This document shows, one piece after another, positions 9,488 to 18,500 of a stretch of 64,000 nt of DNA. The notes below the pieces were generated by a model. The model made no database searches. It worked only from the letters and a program-made list of their open reading frames with translations, and had not been told where the DNA came from. Source of the stretch: Longimicrobiales bacterium (lineage in GTDB: Bacteria > Gemmatimonadota > Gemmatimonadetes > Longimicrobiales > Gaopeijiaceae); contig OZ241869.1 in assembly GCA_965202805.1 (NCBI GenBank), forward strand, positions 1,568,001 to 1,632,000, given 5' to 3'. Both the position numbers and the translations under genes were made by a program. Within the stretch, counting starts at the first letter, position 1. Each line of letters opens with the position of its first letter.

Positions 9488-11251
9488 GTGAGCGGCCGCA
9501 GTCCCGGCGGCGAACCCTCGCTTCGCTACCAGGCCGACGAGAAACCCCCGCTTCGGCTCGCGCTCGGGGTCGGCCTGCAGCTCGCGGTGCTCAACATGGC
9601 CGCGGTGATGTTGATCCCCATGGTCGTGATGCGGGCCGCGGGCATGAGCGACGCCTACCTCTCCTGGGCCGTGCTCGCGTCGGTGACCATCTGCGGCATG
9701 GCGACCATGCTGCAGGCGCGGCGCGCGGGACGCATCGGCATGGGGCACGTGATGGTCATGGGGACTTCCGGCGCGTTCATCCCGGCATCCATCATGGCGC
9801 TCGACCAGGGCGGCCCTGCCCTGCTCGCCACCCTGGTCGCGATCTCCGCGCTGGTCCCGCTTCTCCTTTCGTGGCGGCTTTCCCTCTTCCAGCGCGTCCT
9901 GACGCCCGCGGTCTCGGGCACCGTGATCATGCTCATTCCGGTCACGGTCATGCCGTTCGTCTCGAACCTCCTGGCCGGCTCGTCCGGGGCGGGCTCCCCT
10001 CCCGGCGCGCCGATCAGCTTCCTCGCGACCGTCCTGATCATCGGAGTCCTCGCGCTCAAGGCGAGCGGAGCATTGCGGCTCTGGGCGCCCGTGATCGGCG
10101 TGGTGCTGGGTTCGGTAATCGCCGCCGCGTACGGCCTCTACGACCTGGAGCGCGTCGCCGCAGCCCCCTGGGTCGATCTCCCGCGAATCCAGGCGCCCGG
10201 TCTCGACCTCGGCTTCGACGCAACCTTCTGGACGCTCCTTCCTTCGTTCCTGCTCGTGGCCGTGATCGCCGCCATCCGCACGATGAGCAGCGCGGTGGCG
10301 GTCCAGCGCGTCTCGTGGCGCCGCAGGAGCCGCGCGGTCGACTTCCGCGCCGTACAGGGCGCCATGGCGGTGGACGGAGTGGGCAACCTGCTCGCAGGCC
10401 TCGCCGGGACCGTCCCCGGCAGCGCGACAACCACGAGCGTGCCCCTGACGCAGCTTACCGGGGTGGCGGCGCGCGCGGTCGGGGTAGTGGCGGGGGCGGC
10501 CTTCATCGCCTTCGCGTTCCTGCCGAAGCCCTTCGCGGCCGTGCTGGCCATCCCCGATCCGGTCTTCGCCGGCTATCTGGCCATCCTCCTCGCGATGCTG
10601 TTCGCGATCGGCATGAAGATCGTGCTGCAGGGCGGCCTGGGATACCGCGAAGGCCTGGTCGTCGGCATCGCCTTCCTGGCCGGGGTCGGCTTTCAGTACG
10701 GCCTGATCTTCCCGCAGGAGGCGTCCCGATTCGCGGGCGGGCTGCTTGAGAACGGCATGAATGCCGGCGGTTTCAGCGCCATCCTCATGACGCTCTTCCT
10801 CCGCTTCACGGAGCCCCGTCCGAGCCGCATCGAAACCGGGCTCGGCAGCGCCGAACTACCGACGATCCGGACGTTCCTGAGCGATTTCGCATCGCGTAGC
10901 GGATGGGGCAGGGCGATGGCCGAACGGCTCGAGGCCGCCGCCGAGGAGGCGTTGCTCACGCTGGCGCGGGGGGAGGATTCCGCTCGGGAGCGGGACGCTG
11001 GTCAACGGCGCCTCCTGCTTTCGGCGCACCGGAAGAAGGGCGGGGCCGTGCTCGAGTTCGTCGTCGGCCCCGGGACCGAGAACCTGCAGGACCGGATTGC
11101 ACTGCTCGGCGACGACTCCGACGAAGCCTCCCTGGAGCAGGAGGTGTCGCTGCGCCTGCTCCGCCATCTGGCCTCTTCGGTTCGCCATCAGCAGTACCAC
11201 GACACGGATATCATCACGGTTCGCGTGGAAACTCCGCGCGAGTCCGCCTGA
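9488..11251 (+). CDS. NCS2 (xanthine/uracil) family permease, SupE-like, with a C-terminal degenerate HATPase/RsbW-like domain
   Basis: LRYQADEKPP...LGLQ N-terminus, many TM helices, LTPAVSGTVIMLI, and a soluble ~140-aa C-terminal extension. The GTG start at 9488 is chosen; the ORF is open from 9413. Confidence 0.85.
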   Translation: MSGRSPGGEPSLRYQADEKPPLRLALGVGLQLAVLNMAAVMLIPMVVMRAAGMSDAYLSWAVLASVTICGMATMLQARRAGRIGMGHVMVMGTSGAFIPASIMALDQGGPALLATLVAISALVPLLLSWRLSLFQRVLTPAVSGTVIMLIPVTVMPFVSNLLAGSSGAGSPPGAPISFLATVLIIGVLALKASGALRLWAPVIGVVLGSVIAAAYGLYDLERVAAAPWVDLPRIQAPGLDLGFDATFWTLLPSFLLVAVIAAIRTMSSAVAVQRVSWRRRSRAVDFRAVQGAMAVDGVGNLLAGLAGTVPGSATTTSVPLTQLTGVAARAVGVVAGAAFIAFAFLPKPFAAVLAIPDPVFAGYLAILLAMLFAIGMKIVLQGGLGYREGLVVGIAFLAGVGFQYGLIFPQEASRFAGGLLENGMNAGGFSAILMTLFLRFTEPRPSRIETGLGSAELPTIRTFLSDFASRSGWGRAMAERLEAAAEEALLTLARGEDSARERDAGQRRLLLSAHRKKGGAVLEFVVGPGTENLQDRIALLGDDSDEASLEQEVSLRLLRHLASSVRHQQYHDTDIITVRVETPRESA

Positions 11252-11335
11252 CGGCTGGTCGCGAGGAGGCGGCGCCCGACTTCTTCGGGACCGGATCGCA
11301 GGAACATCTTCAACTCAACCCACGGGAGATAAGAC

Positions 11336-11749
11336 ATGCACGACGTCAACCTGCTCGCGGTGCTGGTCGCCGGGCTCGTCCCGATGATCGTCGGCTCGCT
11401 CTGGTACGGCCCGCTCTTCGGCAAGCGCTGGATGGCGCTGATGGAGACGACGCCCGAGGAGATTCGGGAAGGCTTCAATCCGCTCAGGACCTACGGCATC
11501 AGCTTCCTGCTCTCGCTGGTCACGGCCTTCATCCTGGCCCAGTTGATCGCCGAAGTCGCGCCCGGGAGCGCATCCGCGATGGCCGGGGTCCACGTGGGGC
11601 TGATGGCGCTGGTCGCGTTCGTTCTTCCGGTGGCGCACCAGGGGGTCGCCTTCGAGAGACGCAAGGCGGGGCTCGCGTGGCTGAACGTCGCCTACAACGG
11701 GGTGGCGCTCATCGGACAGGCGGTTGTCCTCGCCCTGTGGGGCGCGTAA
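11336..11749 (+). CDS. DUF1761 family membrane protein
   Basis: VNLLAVLVA...GSLWYGPLFGKRW motif, 4 TM segments, GGAG RBS. Confidence 0.85.
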   Translation: MHDVNLLAVLVAGLVPMIVGSLWYGPLFGKRWMALMETTPEEIREGFNPLRTYGISFLLSLVTAFILAQLIAEVAPGSASAMAGVHVGLMALVAFVLPVAHQGVAFERRKAGLAWLNVAYNGVALIGQAVVLALWGA

Positions 11750-11826
11750 CCGACCTCGGCGTTGCGAAGTTCCGGCGCGGCCCCCGACGAGTTCGCGCAC
11801 GCGCTGCGGGGCAGGCCGGGCCATCC

Positions 11827-11854
11827 ATTACACAAATTACGTATTTTGTGTAAT
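11827..11854. repeat. 28-bp AT-rich palindrome with 11-6-11 architecture (dif-like site or operator)
   Basis: ATTACACAAAT-TACGTA-TTTTGTGTAAT, one mismatched pair, between convergent genes. Confidence 0.75.
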
Positions 11855-11921
11855 CTGCCGCCACGGCACCGGAGCACCGGGCTCGCGTGGCCGAACACCG
11901 GTAACGGGCCTGGCGCGTTTC

Positions 11922-12842
11922 CTACTGGAGCAGCGCGCTCTCCTCCATGAAATCTCGCATCATCGCGACGCAATCCGCCGGATTCTCCACCTGGAGGAAA
12001 TGCGTCGTCTCCGGAATGAAATCGTAGTCCACGGTTTCGATGTGGCTGAGGTCGAAGGTGGGCAGGTAGGCGTAGGGCAGCGTCGGGTCGGAACCGATCA
12101 CCTTCGTCGGACACGGGAGATTGCCGAAGTCGACCAGGAACGCGAAGGTCCTTACGTAGGCGATGATCTGCGCCTCGTATTCGCGAGGGCAACGGAGTTC
12201 GTAGCCCCCTGCCCCGGAAGACTCCCGCAGAATCGTGCGGGCCATCAGATCCGCGGCCCCCGGAACCGCCCTGGTGAGCAACGGCAGGAAACTGAGGAGT
12301 TCCATGAAGTCCTCCCGCTTCCGGAATCGGTCCGCGCGACGGCTCGCCATCCCCGCCGCCGCCTCGGCGAGCGCGTCGAAGTCCGGGTCTTTCGGACCAG
12401 GCCGGTAGAGTGGCGGATCGAACAGGACCCATCCGGACAGCCCGTCGCATCCACCCGTCCCCAGCGTGGACGAGAGGAGCGCGGTCAGCGCGGAAAGGGA
12501 ATGAAAGACCCCGATCGTGGGCCGTTCGCCGTACCGGCGCGCCGCCGCTTCGATAACGCGCTCCTGATCCCGGACCAGGTTGGGCATGTTGTGCTCCGGG
12601 CGGTCCCCGACAGCATTCCAGCCATGGTTCCGCAGATCGTAGAGCAGGACATCGAAGTCACCCGTCAGCAGCGACCAGAACGGGTAGTAGAAATCCATGG
12701 CCAGCCCGTTTCCGTGGCCCAGCAGAAGACGCGGGCCGGCCGGATGCCCATGCCTGCGCAGAATCGTGACGCTGCCGTCGTCCTGACGGACCTCGTGCAC
12801 GGAGCGCGGCTCGGGGATCTCCCATCTGGCTGCCCTGTTCAT
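11922..12842 (-). CDS. Alpha/beta hydrolase, SupD-like
   Basis: HGNGLAMDFY, YDLRNHG, atypical nucleophile elbow GVFHSLSA, C-terminal THFLQVE. Close to supA. Confidence 0.85.
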   Translation of the reverse strand: MNRAARWEIPEPRSVHEVRQDDGSVTILRRHGHPAGPRLLLGHGNGLAMDFYYPFWSLLTGDFDVLLYDLRNHGWNAVGDRPEHNMPNLVRDQERVIEAAARRYGERPTIGVFHSLSALTALLSSTLGTGGCDGLSGWVLFDPPLYRPGPKDPDFDALAEAAAGMASRRADRFRKREDFMELLSFLPLLTRAVPGAADLMARTILRESSGAGGYELRCPREYEAQIIAYVRTFAFLVDFGNLPCPTKVIGSDPTLPYAYLPTFDLSHIETVDYDFIPETTHFLQVENPADCVAMMRDFMEESALLQ

Positions 12843-12847
12843 GCCTG

Positions 12848-14722
12848 TCAAGGCGCGGGCTCAAGTACGCGTTCCGTCACAAATGCGGGGTCGATTCGCC
12901 AGAAGAGAACGCGGTAGTCGAACACGGTAAAGGCGATGCGGTCCCCGGCCGGCGAGTAGGCGGGCTGGGTCTTGTGTGAGGGGTCGAAGGTGAGCTGCTC
13001 GGCGGCTCCGCCCCCGGCGGGAACACGGAAGATCTGGAAGAACCCGTCGCTGGCCCGGTCCACATATGCGACCCAGCGCCCGTCGGCCGACACCCCGATC
13101 CCCGAATGGAGCTGGTCGGAGCCGTAGTCGTGGAAGCGCTCCGGCGCCCCGCCCGTACGGGGCACCCGCCAGAGGCTCTTGCGGCCCACCGCTTCCGCGG
13201 ACTCGAAGATGACCGTTTCGCCCGCGTCGGCCCACTCCCCCTGGATCACGTCCTGTTCGAAGCCCGTCAGCTCGATGCGCGTCTGGGGCTGCGTGACTTC
13301 CCCTGTCTCCTGGTCGATGCCGATCACGAACAGGTACGCCCGCCGCGCCCCGGACTCGTCCACGCGATAGCTGGGATAGAGGATCCAGCGCCCGTCGGCC
13401 GACCAGCGCGCCCACCCGGTCTCGTGGCCGCCTTCGCTGATCATGCGCGGCTCGCTTCCGTCCGCGGCCATGAGCCAGATGTCGTCCGACTCTTCATGGG
13501 TGTGGAAGGCGACCCAGCGTCCGTTGGGGGACCAGTGCATGCCCTGGTCTTCGGAGTAGGACTGGCGCATCACGCGCCCGGGCGCATCGTGGGGGGTGAC
13601 CGGGTCGGCCGTCACGATGCCGATGTGCTGTGCGATGTCCGGGTAGTGGAAGTCGTCGGTGACGTGGCGCCAGCTGCCGAAGGTGAAGGCGACCTCCGAG
13701 CCGTCCCAGCTCCAGGTGGGCGTCTCGGACTGGAAGGTGGTCAGTGGGGTGGACGGCCCGCCCGCGGCCGGCGCGGTCGCCACGAAGACGCGGTAGTCCT
13801 GGGACTTGAACAGGATGCGCCCGTCCATGCCTGCCGAGGGTGCGTAGGCGTCGCGGGAGAAACCGGTGAGGCGGACCGGCGCTCCGCCCGCAGCCGGGCG
13901 GGCCCACAGATCCAGAAAGCCGCCCTCGCCCGGCGCCGCATGGTAGACTTGGTCCCCTGCCGGCGAGAAGGCGAGCGGCCCGTATGTCTCCTGGTCCGTG
14001 AAGAGCGGCTCGGGCGCGTCGCAGGGGAGGTGCAGCCGCTGATGGTCGCCCTCGAGCGAGAGGCAGGACAGCCGCCCGTCCGGCGACCACGCGGGGAAGG
14101 AGAGCCGCGTCCCCGTCGCCGCCGCCCGCGCGTTGCTTCCGTCCGCGTCCAGCAGCCACACGGTGGACTCGCCTCCGGCCGACGACACGCCCGCCACGGT
14201 GGTTCCGTCCGGCGACCAGGCGAGCATGTCCAGCGACAGCAGGCCGGGCGATGCGTCGCGCCCCGGCCACAGCGGCTCCCGGGCGCCGGACGCGCGGTCG
14301 TAGACCCACCACTCCTGGCGGCTGCGGTCGAAGACGCGCTCCCGGGCCGCGACTCGGCGGCTGTCCGGAAGCCATGCGAGGAACCGGATCGACGCGGCGC
14401 CCGAGCCCATGACACGCTCCGCACCGCCCCCAGCCGGAACCACGTGCAGCCGGTCGCGCTCGGTGTACGCGAGCCAGCGGCCATCCGGCGACACCACCCC
14501 GAGCGGGTCCCGATACGCCACCGGCCCCACCTGCTCGGCGGAGGCGACGAAGTCGAGGGGCGGGAGGCCCGCGTCCGCTTCGGGGCCCTCGGCACACCCG
14601 CCGGCCATCGCGGCAAGCAGGCCGGCGATCAGGACGCGGCACGACGCGGGCTCCCACCGACCGGCCGAGCCGAGCTCGATCCGGGCCGCCGAGCCGCCCC
14701 GGCGGTTCCGACCGTCACCCAC
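12848..14722 (-). CDS. TolB-like/PD40 beta-propeller lipoprotein (start uncertain)
   Basis: Repeated WSPDG/WSADG/YSPAG blades; lipobox-like LLAAMAGGC. Confidence 0.8.
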   Translation of the reverse strand: MGDGRNRRGGSAARIELGSAGRWEPASCRVLIAGLLAAMAGGCAEGPEADAGLPPLDFVASAEQVGPVAYRDPLGVVSPDGRWLAYTERDRLHVVPAGGGAERVMGSGAASIRFLAWLPDSRRVAARERVFDRSRQEWWVYDRASGAREPLWPGRDASPGLLSLDMLAWSPDGTTVAGVSSAGGESTVWLLDADGSNARAAATGTRLSFPAWSPDGRLSCLSLEGDHQRLHLPCDAPEPLFTDQETYGPLAFSPAGDQVYHAAPGEGGFLDLWARPAAGGAPVRLTGFSRDAYAPSAGMDGRILFKSQDYRVFVATAPAAGGPSTPLTTFQSETPTWSWDGSEVAFTFGSWRHVTDDFHYPDIAQHIGIVTADPVTPHDAPGRVMRQSYSEDQGMHWSPNGRWVAFHTHEESDDIWLMAADGSEPRMISEGGHETGWARWSADGRWILYPSYRVDESGARRAYLFVIGIDQETGEVTQPQTRIELTGFEQDVIQGEWADAGETVIFESAEAVGRKSLWRVPRTGGAPERFHDYGSDQLHSGIGVSADGRWVAYVDRASDGFFQIFRVPAGGGAAEQLTFDPSHKTQPAYSPAGDRIAFTVFDYRVLFWRIDPAFVTERVLEPAP

Positions 14723-14829
14723 CGGCCGACCAAGGCCGCAACTCCATTCGTGTTGGCCGAAATCACCGCGGTCCGGCCCCGGGCCGGACCGATTAGCGGA
14801 GCCGCGCCGAATGCCCTGCCCCGGCGTCC

Positions 14830-15411
14830 TCACGTCCCGAACCATGCCGGCTCGTTCCCCGGTTTCCACTTGATGTTGCACCCGACGCTCGCATGCTGCT
14901 CGGCCAGTGGCGCCCGTCCGTCCAGCAGCGCATCGGCCGCCGCGCGCAGATCCTCGCCGGTCACCCGGGCCCCGCTGCCCGGGCGGGAGCCATCGAACTG
15001 GCCCCTGTACACCAGCCTGCGGTCGCCATCGTACAGGAAGAAGTCGGGTGTGCACGCGGCCCCGTACGCCCGGGCCACCTCCTGGGACTCGTCGAAGAGG
15101 TACGGGAACGTGTACCCCACCTGGTCGATCTCCTCCGCCATGCGCTCCGGCGAATCCGCCGGATGGGTGGCCACGTCGTTGGCGTTGATGCCGACCACGC
15201 CCAGCCCGCGAGCCTGGCAGTCGCGCGCGAACTCGGCCAGCTCGTGCCGCAGGTGCTTCACGAACGGGCAGTGGTTGCAGATGAAGGCGACCAGCAGCCC
15301 GCCCTCCCCGACCACATCGGACAGCGTCCAGTCGCGGCCGGAAGGATCGGGCAGGCGAAAGTCCGGCGCCGGCGTTCCCAGCGCCACCATGGTCGAGGGC
15401 GTGAGCACCAT
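14830..15411 (-). CDS. Thioredoxin-fold redoxin (AhpC/TSA family)
   Basis: APDFRLPD, FICNHCPFV, AACTPDFFLYD, GCNIKWK. Confidence 0.92.
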   Translation of the reverse strand: MVLTPSTMVALGTPAPDFRLPDPSGRDWTLSDVVGEGGLLVAFICNHCPFVKHLRHELAEFARDCQARGLGVVGINANDVATHPADSPERMAEEIDQVGYTFPYLFDESQEVARAYGAACTPDFFLYDGDRRLVYRGQFDGSRPGSGARVTGEDLRAAADALLDGRAPLAEQHASVGCNIKWKPGNEPAWFGT

Positions 15412-15890
15412 TATGTCATCCCCATGCGCTGAGGCAACGTCTCCAGCTCGACGATCTCGTACCGCCGTATCCCGCTCGGGAGCCTCACCTCGACCTCCTC
15501 GCCCTGGCGCGCGCCCATCAGTCCACGGCCGATCGCCGACGCCATGGACACATGGCCCGCCTCGATGTCGATGTAGTCACCGGCCGCGATCGTGTACGTT
15601 GCCTGCATGCCCCGTACACGATCGTGGACCGTAACCCGGGAGCCAAACCCCACCCGATCCGGGGGCATCCCCTCGACATCGATCTGCGACAGCTCGGAGA
15701 CGCGCTGCCTCAGGTGGCCGATGCGGGCGTTCACGAACTGCTGCCGCTCCAGCGCCGACTTGTACTCGGAGTTCTCGCGCAGATCGCCCAGCTCGACGGC
15801 CTTGCGGATGCGCTCCGGAAGCTCGAAGGCCAGCTCGCGCGAGAGCGTCTCGATCTCGTCTTCTATCTTCTGTCTGATTTCGCTCAGCAT
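15411..15890 (-). CDS. greA: Transcription elongation factor GreA/GreB
   Basis: GDLRENSEY coiled-coil tip, VGFGSRV, SMASAIGRGLMG. Confidence 0.9.
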   Translation of the reverse strand: MLSEIRQKIEDEIETLSRELAFELPERIRKAVELGDLRENSEYKSALERQQFVNARIGHLRQRVSELSQIDVEGMPPDRVGFGSRVTVHDRVRGMQATYTIAAGDYIDIEAGHVSMASAIGRGLMGARQGEEVEVRLPSGIRRYEIVELETLPQRMGMT

Positions 15891-15933
15891 CCAGGCTGCT
15901 CCGGACGACTCGTGAAAACGCCGCGACGCGGCG

Positions 15934-16431
15934 TCAGGATCGCGGATCGGAAGTGGCCAGCACCACCTCGCGGCGCGCCTGCCGGTCCGCCTTGACCGCC
16001 TCCCGGACTTCGGAGTCCGCCACCCCCAGGATCTGCGCCGCCAGGATCGCGGCGTTCACCGCTCCCGCCTTGCCGATGGCGAGCGTCGCCACCGGCACGC
16101 CCCCCGGCATCTGGACCGTGGAGAGGAGCGAGTCGAGGCCGTCGAGAGCGGAACCCATGGGCACGCCCAGCACGGGCAGGGCGGTGCCCGACGCCACCAC
16201 GCCCGCAAGGTGGGCCGCCCCCCCGGCCGCCGCGATGATGACCGCCAGCCCCCTCTCTTCAGCGGTGGTGGAATACTCGTGCACCAGGTCCGGGGTGCGG
16301 TGCGCGGACATCACCCGGACCTCGTGAGGGACGCCGAGCGACTCGAGGGTGTCGGCGGCGTGGGTCATGACGGGCCAGTCGCTCTTCGAGCCCATGAGCA
16401 CGCCTACCTTGGGACGATTGTTGGAATCCAT
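15934..16431 (-). CDS. purE: N5-carboxyaminoimidazole ribonucleotide mutase
   Basis: [35 protein letters not shown]. Confidence 0.96.
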   Translation of the reverse strand: MDSNNRPKVGVLMGSKSDWPVMTHAADTLESLGVPHEVRVMSAHRTPDLVHEYSTTAEERGLAVIIAAAGGAAHLAGVVASGTALPVLGVPMGSALDGLDSLLSTVQMPGGVPVATLAIGKAGAVNAAILAAQILGVADSEVREAVKADRQARREVVLATSDPRS

Positions 16432-16629
16432 GCGAATGAAACCGATCCGGGCTTGGGGGAGTCGATGAACGCCGGCGCGAAAGCGGGTTCGAGCGTTGGA
16501 GGAAAGCCCACGATGCAGAACCGCCGCGAAGGGGTCAAGGGTTGAATTGGTGCCGAAGCCGGAGTTACTGTCGATAGCTGCGTCCGCATCCGTCCCGCCC
16601 GGCACCGTCAGATCAACAGGGGAAACCGC

Positions 16630-17043
16630 ATGAACATCAGGGTCACGCTTCGCTGGCTGCAGGTGCTCGACAAGCTCGAGCCCTGGTACAGGGCCAAGGG
16701 CCAGTTCGTCTTCTGGACCAGGGTCACCAGCGGAGAAAACACCGACGAACGCCGGTTCCCCGAAGAGGGTCACTACCCCATCTCGGATCATCGCCGCTGG
16801 AACAAGCTCGACCACCTGAACAAGGTCATGTACGAGGGCGAGGCCGGCGATTCCCTGAGCATCGAAGTACGCGGCGTCGAGATGGACATGTTCTCGAGCG
16901 ACGACGAGCTGGAACGCTATTCGCGCGACTTCCCGGGCCCGGTCGAATCGTGGGTCGGCCGCCATCAGCCGGGGGACGAAGGGCCGCCCGATCCCGAGGC
17001 CATGACCAACTGGCGGATCTGCTACGACGTGGAGGTCGTCTAG
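16630..17043 (+). CDS. Hypothetical protein (137 aa, beta-rich, possibly C2-like)
   Basis: High-GC3 codon usage and AGGGG RBS; no recognised motif. Confidence 0.75.
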   Translation: MNIRVTLRWLQVLDKLEPWYRAKGQFVFWTRVTSGENTDERRFPEEGHYPISDHRRWNKLDHLNKVMYEGEAGDSLSIEVRGVEMDMFSSDDELERYSRDFPGPVESWVGRHQPGDEGPPDPEAMTNWRICYDVEVV

Positions 17044-17100
17044 CTTCAGGCGCGCCCGACCGGGCGTCGAGCCCCGATCAGGTTCCGTCGGAGTCGCGAT

Positions 17101-18381
17101 TCACCCGTCCCCCATGCGGACCAGGTGATACCGCTTCTTCCCTCGTCGCAGCACCACGAACTCGCCCTCCAGGGTCTGGTCCATCGTAACGCGCGCGGGC
17201 ACGTCCGCGATGCGGTGGTTGTTGACGTAGATGCCTCCCCCGCTGATGGCGCGGCGGGCGTCGCTCTTCGAGGCGGCCAGGCCAGCGCCGTGCAGCAGGT
17301 CCACGAGCGGGAGCCCCTCTCCCTGCAGGGCGCCGCGGGTGATGCGGCTGGAGGGCACGTCCGCGAAGATGTCCGCGATTTCGCCGGCGCCCAGGCCTTC
17401 GATTTCGCCGCCGAAGAGCGCCTCGCTCGCCTTGCGCGCGCGGCCCAGCCCGTCCTCTCCGTGGAGACGGCGGGTGACGTCGGCGGCCAGCGCCCTCTGC
17501 GCGAGGCGGCGGTGCGGTGCGCTCGCCGTTGATGACTCGAGCTCCTCGACCTCCTCCCGCGAGAACAGGGTAAAGAGGCGCAGGTAGGCCCCCACGTCCG
17601 CGTCCGGCGTGTTCATCCAGAACTGGTAGAAGCGATAGGGCGTGGTGCGTGCGGGATCCAGCCACACGGTTCCGCTCTCGGTCTTGCCGAACTTGGTGCC
17701 GGAGGAGGTGGTCAGGAGCGGGAAGGTGACCCCGTACGCGCGGGCGCCGCGCACCCGCCGGATCAGCTCGGTGCCCGCGGTGATGTTCCCCCACTGATCG
17801 CTTCCGCCCATCTGGACGGTGCACCCCAGCCGGTCGTAGAGCTCGAGGAAGTCGTAGGCCTGCAGCAGCACGTAGCTGAACTCGGTGAACGAGATGCTCG
17901 CCTGCGGATCCTGTACGCGCCTGCGGATCGAGTCCTTGCCGAGGAGGGCGTTGATGGAGAAGTGCTTGCCCACGTCGCGCAGGAAATCGACCATCCCGAC
18001 CTTGCCCAGCCAGTCCAGGTTGTTGGCCATGCGCGCGGGATTGCCCTTCACCTCGAAGTCGAGGAAATGAGCAAGCTGGGCGTGGATGCCCAGGGCGTTG
18101 GCCTCCGCCTCCTCCTTTGACAGAAGCACGCGCTCCGCGGCCTTCTCGGACGGGTCGCCGATCAGGCCGGTGCCTCCGCCGACGAGGGCTACGGGGGTGT
18201 GTCCCGCGCGCTGCAGGTGGACCAGCCCCATGATCGGGAGCAGGCTGCCTACGTGCAGGCTGGAGGCGGTCGGATCGAAGCCGATGTAGGCGACCCGGGG
18301 CTCGGCGGCGAACGCCTGCGCGGCACCGTCGGTGGCGTCGTAGAGCAGGCCGCGCCACTTGTATTCGTCGAGCAGGTTCAT
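17101..18381 (-). CDS. tyrS: Tyrosine--tRNA ligase
   Basis: YIGFDPTASSLHVGS (HIGH-like), QMGGSDQWGNI, KFGKT, C-terminal S4 domain. True start is MNLLDEYKWRG. Confidence 0.97.
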   Translation of the reverse strand: MNLLDEYKWRGLLYDATDGAAQAFAAEPRVAYIGFDPTASSLHVGSLLPIMGLVHLQRAGHTPVALVGGGTGLIGDPSEKAAERVLLSKEEAEANALGIHAQLAHFLDFEVKGNPARMANNLDWLGKVGMVDFLRDVGKHFSINALLGKDSIRRRVQDPQASISFTEFSYVLLQAYDFLELYDRLGCTVQMGGSDQWGNITAGTELIRRVRGARAYGVTFPLLTTSSGTKFGKTESGTVWLDPARTTPYRFYQFWMNTPDADVGAYLRLFTLFSREEVEELESSTASAPHRRLAQRALAADVTRRLHGEDGLGRARKASEALFGGEIEGLGAGEIADIFADVPSSRITRGALQGEGLPLVDLLHGAGLAASKSDARRAISGGGIYVNNHRIADVPARVTMDQTLEGEFVVLRRGKKRYHLVRMGDG

Positions 18382-18500
18382 GGGCCGCGGGGATGGCTGG
18401 AACGGCGCCGGGCGGAGGTGGAACGATGGCCTGCCGGCCGGCGAGCATTGGCTTCCGGGACGGCCAAAGCTACAGGGTTGGGTGGCGATCTTCCATGGCC

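Noticed and set aside
16480..16500. GGTTCGA as a tRNA T-loop
   Set aside because: No cloverleaf, acceptor stem or CCA around it.
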